A stretch of DNA of 64,000 nucleotides from positions 13,268,001 through 13,332,000 of the forward strand of contig NC_092348.1 of the NCBI RefSeq assembly GCF_963676685.1, written 5' to 3'. A program made the position numbers and the translations under genes. The notes under the pieces are model-generated. The model had not been told where the DNA came from. It saw only the letters and a list, made by a program, of their open reading frames with translations, and searched no databases. This stretch comes from Mytilus edulis. Lineage: Eukaryota. Every line of letters starts with the position of its first letter. The first letter of the stretch is position 1. Positions 61,333 through 64,000 of this stretch are shown in pieces.

Positions 61333-63641
61333 ATCCCCTTTATAAAAAGAATGCAAAATTACACAAATAATACATTTATAATATCGAATTCATTTATATC
61401 TTGAAATATTATATTGAATTGAAATATATATTTATGGTAAAAAAAAAAACTACCTAATTAAGTAAAATCAAAACATTATAATCATTCTTCCGGCAAACCT
61501 TGAGCAATTTCCTCTAATTGTTGACAATTATTTAAGAGTCGTATTAAAGGAGTATAAATATTCAAAATTCAAAAGATGAATAAAATTACAGAAGATTATT
61601 CCAATGACTAAAAATATTGGTGAGATATGTGGGCACAATATGGTTTATATTAATCAACCAGGAAAACAAACTGATTGAAACCAGCAGTGAATACAGTCAT
61701 AAAATACACAGTTGATTATCTCCATTCTGTCATTAAATCTGTCACTGATTAAAATCATGGGGGTCCACCTGTGTCCCAGCAGTGGGTAAACAGACGTGAT
61801 GTATGCCCTGGAGCATGTCGGTCACGCCTTCTGTCATCTGTTATAACAGACAGTAGATGCAGGTACTTGTTACGGTTGATTTATCTTTGTCAAACAAGCT
61901 GTAAGAGATTTGATTACTTGTTTATTAGCCATCTGATGGTCTGATAGTTTCAGGAAGTGGTACTGACACGCCCCCTTCTTAGCAATGCAGGTAGTAATTG
62001 TTTGATGGCTAATTCATAAAATGTTTGTAAGAAAACTGAAAAGAAGGATTTGAAAAAAATTGTTGTCATTTTAATAATAATCATGGTTCAAGAAGGTTGG
62101 GGTATGTACATTTATACATGCATTGGATATTATTTATTATTTTTTTACATTATTTATACATGGTAAAAAATATGTGCTGTTTTTAGAAGATCAAAGTTGA
62201 GCAGATGGAGTAACAATAGTATTAGTTTTAAGAAATTGGAGATAAACATTTGTAATGTTTTATTTTGATTAAATCATTATAAATTCATCACCAAAATAGG
62301 ACGGAGATGCGATTACAAAGAGATTTTTACTGTTAGAAAAGTAACGGTTTACCAATCGTAATTATCCTGTTTATACAAGTGGCAAAGTATTTTGTGAATC
62401 ACCAATGTAAATGAGGAGTTATGACAAGTGATCATGGATATTTAGATTTGAATTTTATAACAAAGTGCATTGTGATCCAACAGAAATACATTAAAGGATT
62501 AGAGGAATATGTTTATGATTGAAATGTTTTAATTTGTGGTAGATATGTTGTGTGTAAGAGTAGTGGTTCAGCCATCAGTCCCCATCACTATATCAAAATT
62601 TTATTTCAATACGAAAGTTAAATTGTAAACCAATGTATATATTTAGTTTGTTTTGGTGAAAAAATCCTCTAAATATTTGGTTTCCCAAAATTTGTTCTGA
62701 TGTTGGAATTTCCAAACCATGTGTTTTTGTGAAAAGAACTTCCAACAGGTGACCACAGTCTATTAATTAATACATATAATTAACAATATAGTATGTAACA
62801 TAGAAGTACTGTATACCAGATTTTAAAATATATGAAGTAAACTGCTACTTAGTGCACTCTGGTGTAATGTGTAGGAGGGTCCTTATGGTATAGTCAAGTA
62901 AAATCTGGGAGGCATGGAAATAGTCTCAAGATGTCTTTGTCAGTTTTCAACTTTTGTTCAACCTGTACATTCATTTTGACAAAGAAAAATGGGTGGAAAA
63001 AAGTTTGTGTATAGTTTAACAGTTACAATGTAATTATTTATAGATTTATAACATGTTAACTGGCAATATAACCACCTATTGACTTGTAATGATAAGACAA
63101 AACAACACTGTACATGTGTTACATTGAAGCATATGGCTTTTGTTGGTAACATGCTGATGTTCTTTTCTACCTAGCAAAACAATAAAACAATATTTCAGTG
63201 TGAATTCTGCTTTAAAATCCACATTGAAAACGCATGGGACACAGATTTGGTGCAGGACAGATACTGCTTCTCTTTCAGGTTTTGTTTAATGTAAACTCAG
63301 TACTGGGGATTCATTTATTTTAGTGAGTACCAATTTTTGTGGTTTAAGGAAAACTTGCATATTTGTGGATATTTAGAATCGTGTTTTGACAAAGTTTGCA
63401 TACCTTCCTTTAGAAAATTTGTATTTTGTTGAAATTTTAAATCTGTGGGTCCTCCAGTAACCCACGAAATCCACAAAAATTGGTATTCAACAAATATAAC
63501 AGATATGATCTACTATATAGTATGATACTCAAGGGGGATTATCTCTCAATTGTTTATTTCTGTTGTTACAGATTATTGTCTATTATACAGTGTTACACTC
63601 AGGGGAAATAATCTGTTAATTGTTTCTTTCTATCTTTACAG

Positions 63642-63779
63642 ATTATCGTGAGAACATTATGCCAGAGTCACCTGACATTAAAACACCAACGCAGCAATCA
63701 CCACTGAATATGACCGGAGGTATGGGCAGTACAGTTAGAGATGTGCCACGCCCACAGTCAGGGGGAACAGCTCTGCCAG
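63642..63779 (+). CDS. 138-bp internal coding exon (YRENIMPESPDIKTPTQQSPLNMTGGMGSTVRDVPRPQSGGTALP), probably of a CBFA2T/ETO/nervy-family corepressor
   Basis: Strong acceptor TTTCTTTCTATCTTTACAG| and donor CAG|GTATGC, phase 1-1, GC above the flanks. MPESPDIKT resembles the MPDSPVDVKT motif near the start of vertebrate RUNX1T1/ETO exon 2. Gene identity is inference from a short motif. Confidence 0.6.
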
Positions 63780-64000
63780 GTATGCAGATCATTATATTGC
63801 ATTCACCTTGTCAATCTCTCCCTTCTTCCTTCCATCCTTTTGTTCAAACAAAATATTTGTTTATGAATAAATGTCTCCTAGACAATTAGAATTTTATAAA
63901 ACAAGCTCGGGTTAATCATTGAATTTACAAACTAAACGTATGTGTACATGTAACAAGTGTTTCAGTAGCTATACCATGTTAGACCATATAACCTGATTGA

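Noticed and set aside
14485-63152. Remaining 60-115 aa ORFs in the track
   Set aside because: They are AT-rich and F/I/L/K-biased, often with non-ATG starts or inside tandem repeats, consistent with chance ORFs. The exception is 39837-40019, treated as a KolX remnant.
63301-63520. Possible degenerate mariner-type MITE
   Set aside because: Internal inverted motifs are visible (ACCAATTTTTGTGG / CCACAAAAATTGGT), but the termini are too decayed to fix boundaries.

Overview
AT-rich animal genomic DNA. The repeat landscape suggests a bivalve mollusc, probably Mytilus-like (inference). The key feature is an intact, very young 10,036-bp Ty3/Gypsy LTR retrotransposon on the minus strand (4204-14239). 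It has two identical 237-bp LTRs, a 4-bp ATAA target-site duplication, a PBS and a PPT, and gag and pol joined by a predicted -1 frameshift signal (slippery heptamer plus pseudoknot). In the env position it carries a third, intact ORF encoding a zinc-finger + TatD-family nuclease, with a splice acceptor directly before its ATG, so it looks like a TatD-carrying retrotransposon that expresses the nuclease from an env-like spliced mRNA. The element sits inside a Harbinger-type MITE. The rest of the window is largely non-coding and probably intronic or regulatory for a plus-strand CBFA2T/ETO/nervy-like gene (candidate exons 30187-30292 and 63642-63779). It also holds a Kolobok-type element with a decayed KolX/P2X7-ballast-like ORF, a Ginger-like MITE in a three-level nest, Helentron-type MITEs, a V-domain tRNA-SINE with a 16-bp TSD, several minisatellites and an E-box cluster. 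All family assignments come from motif recognition only; no database searches were run.
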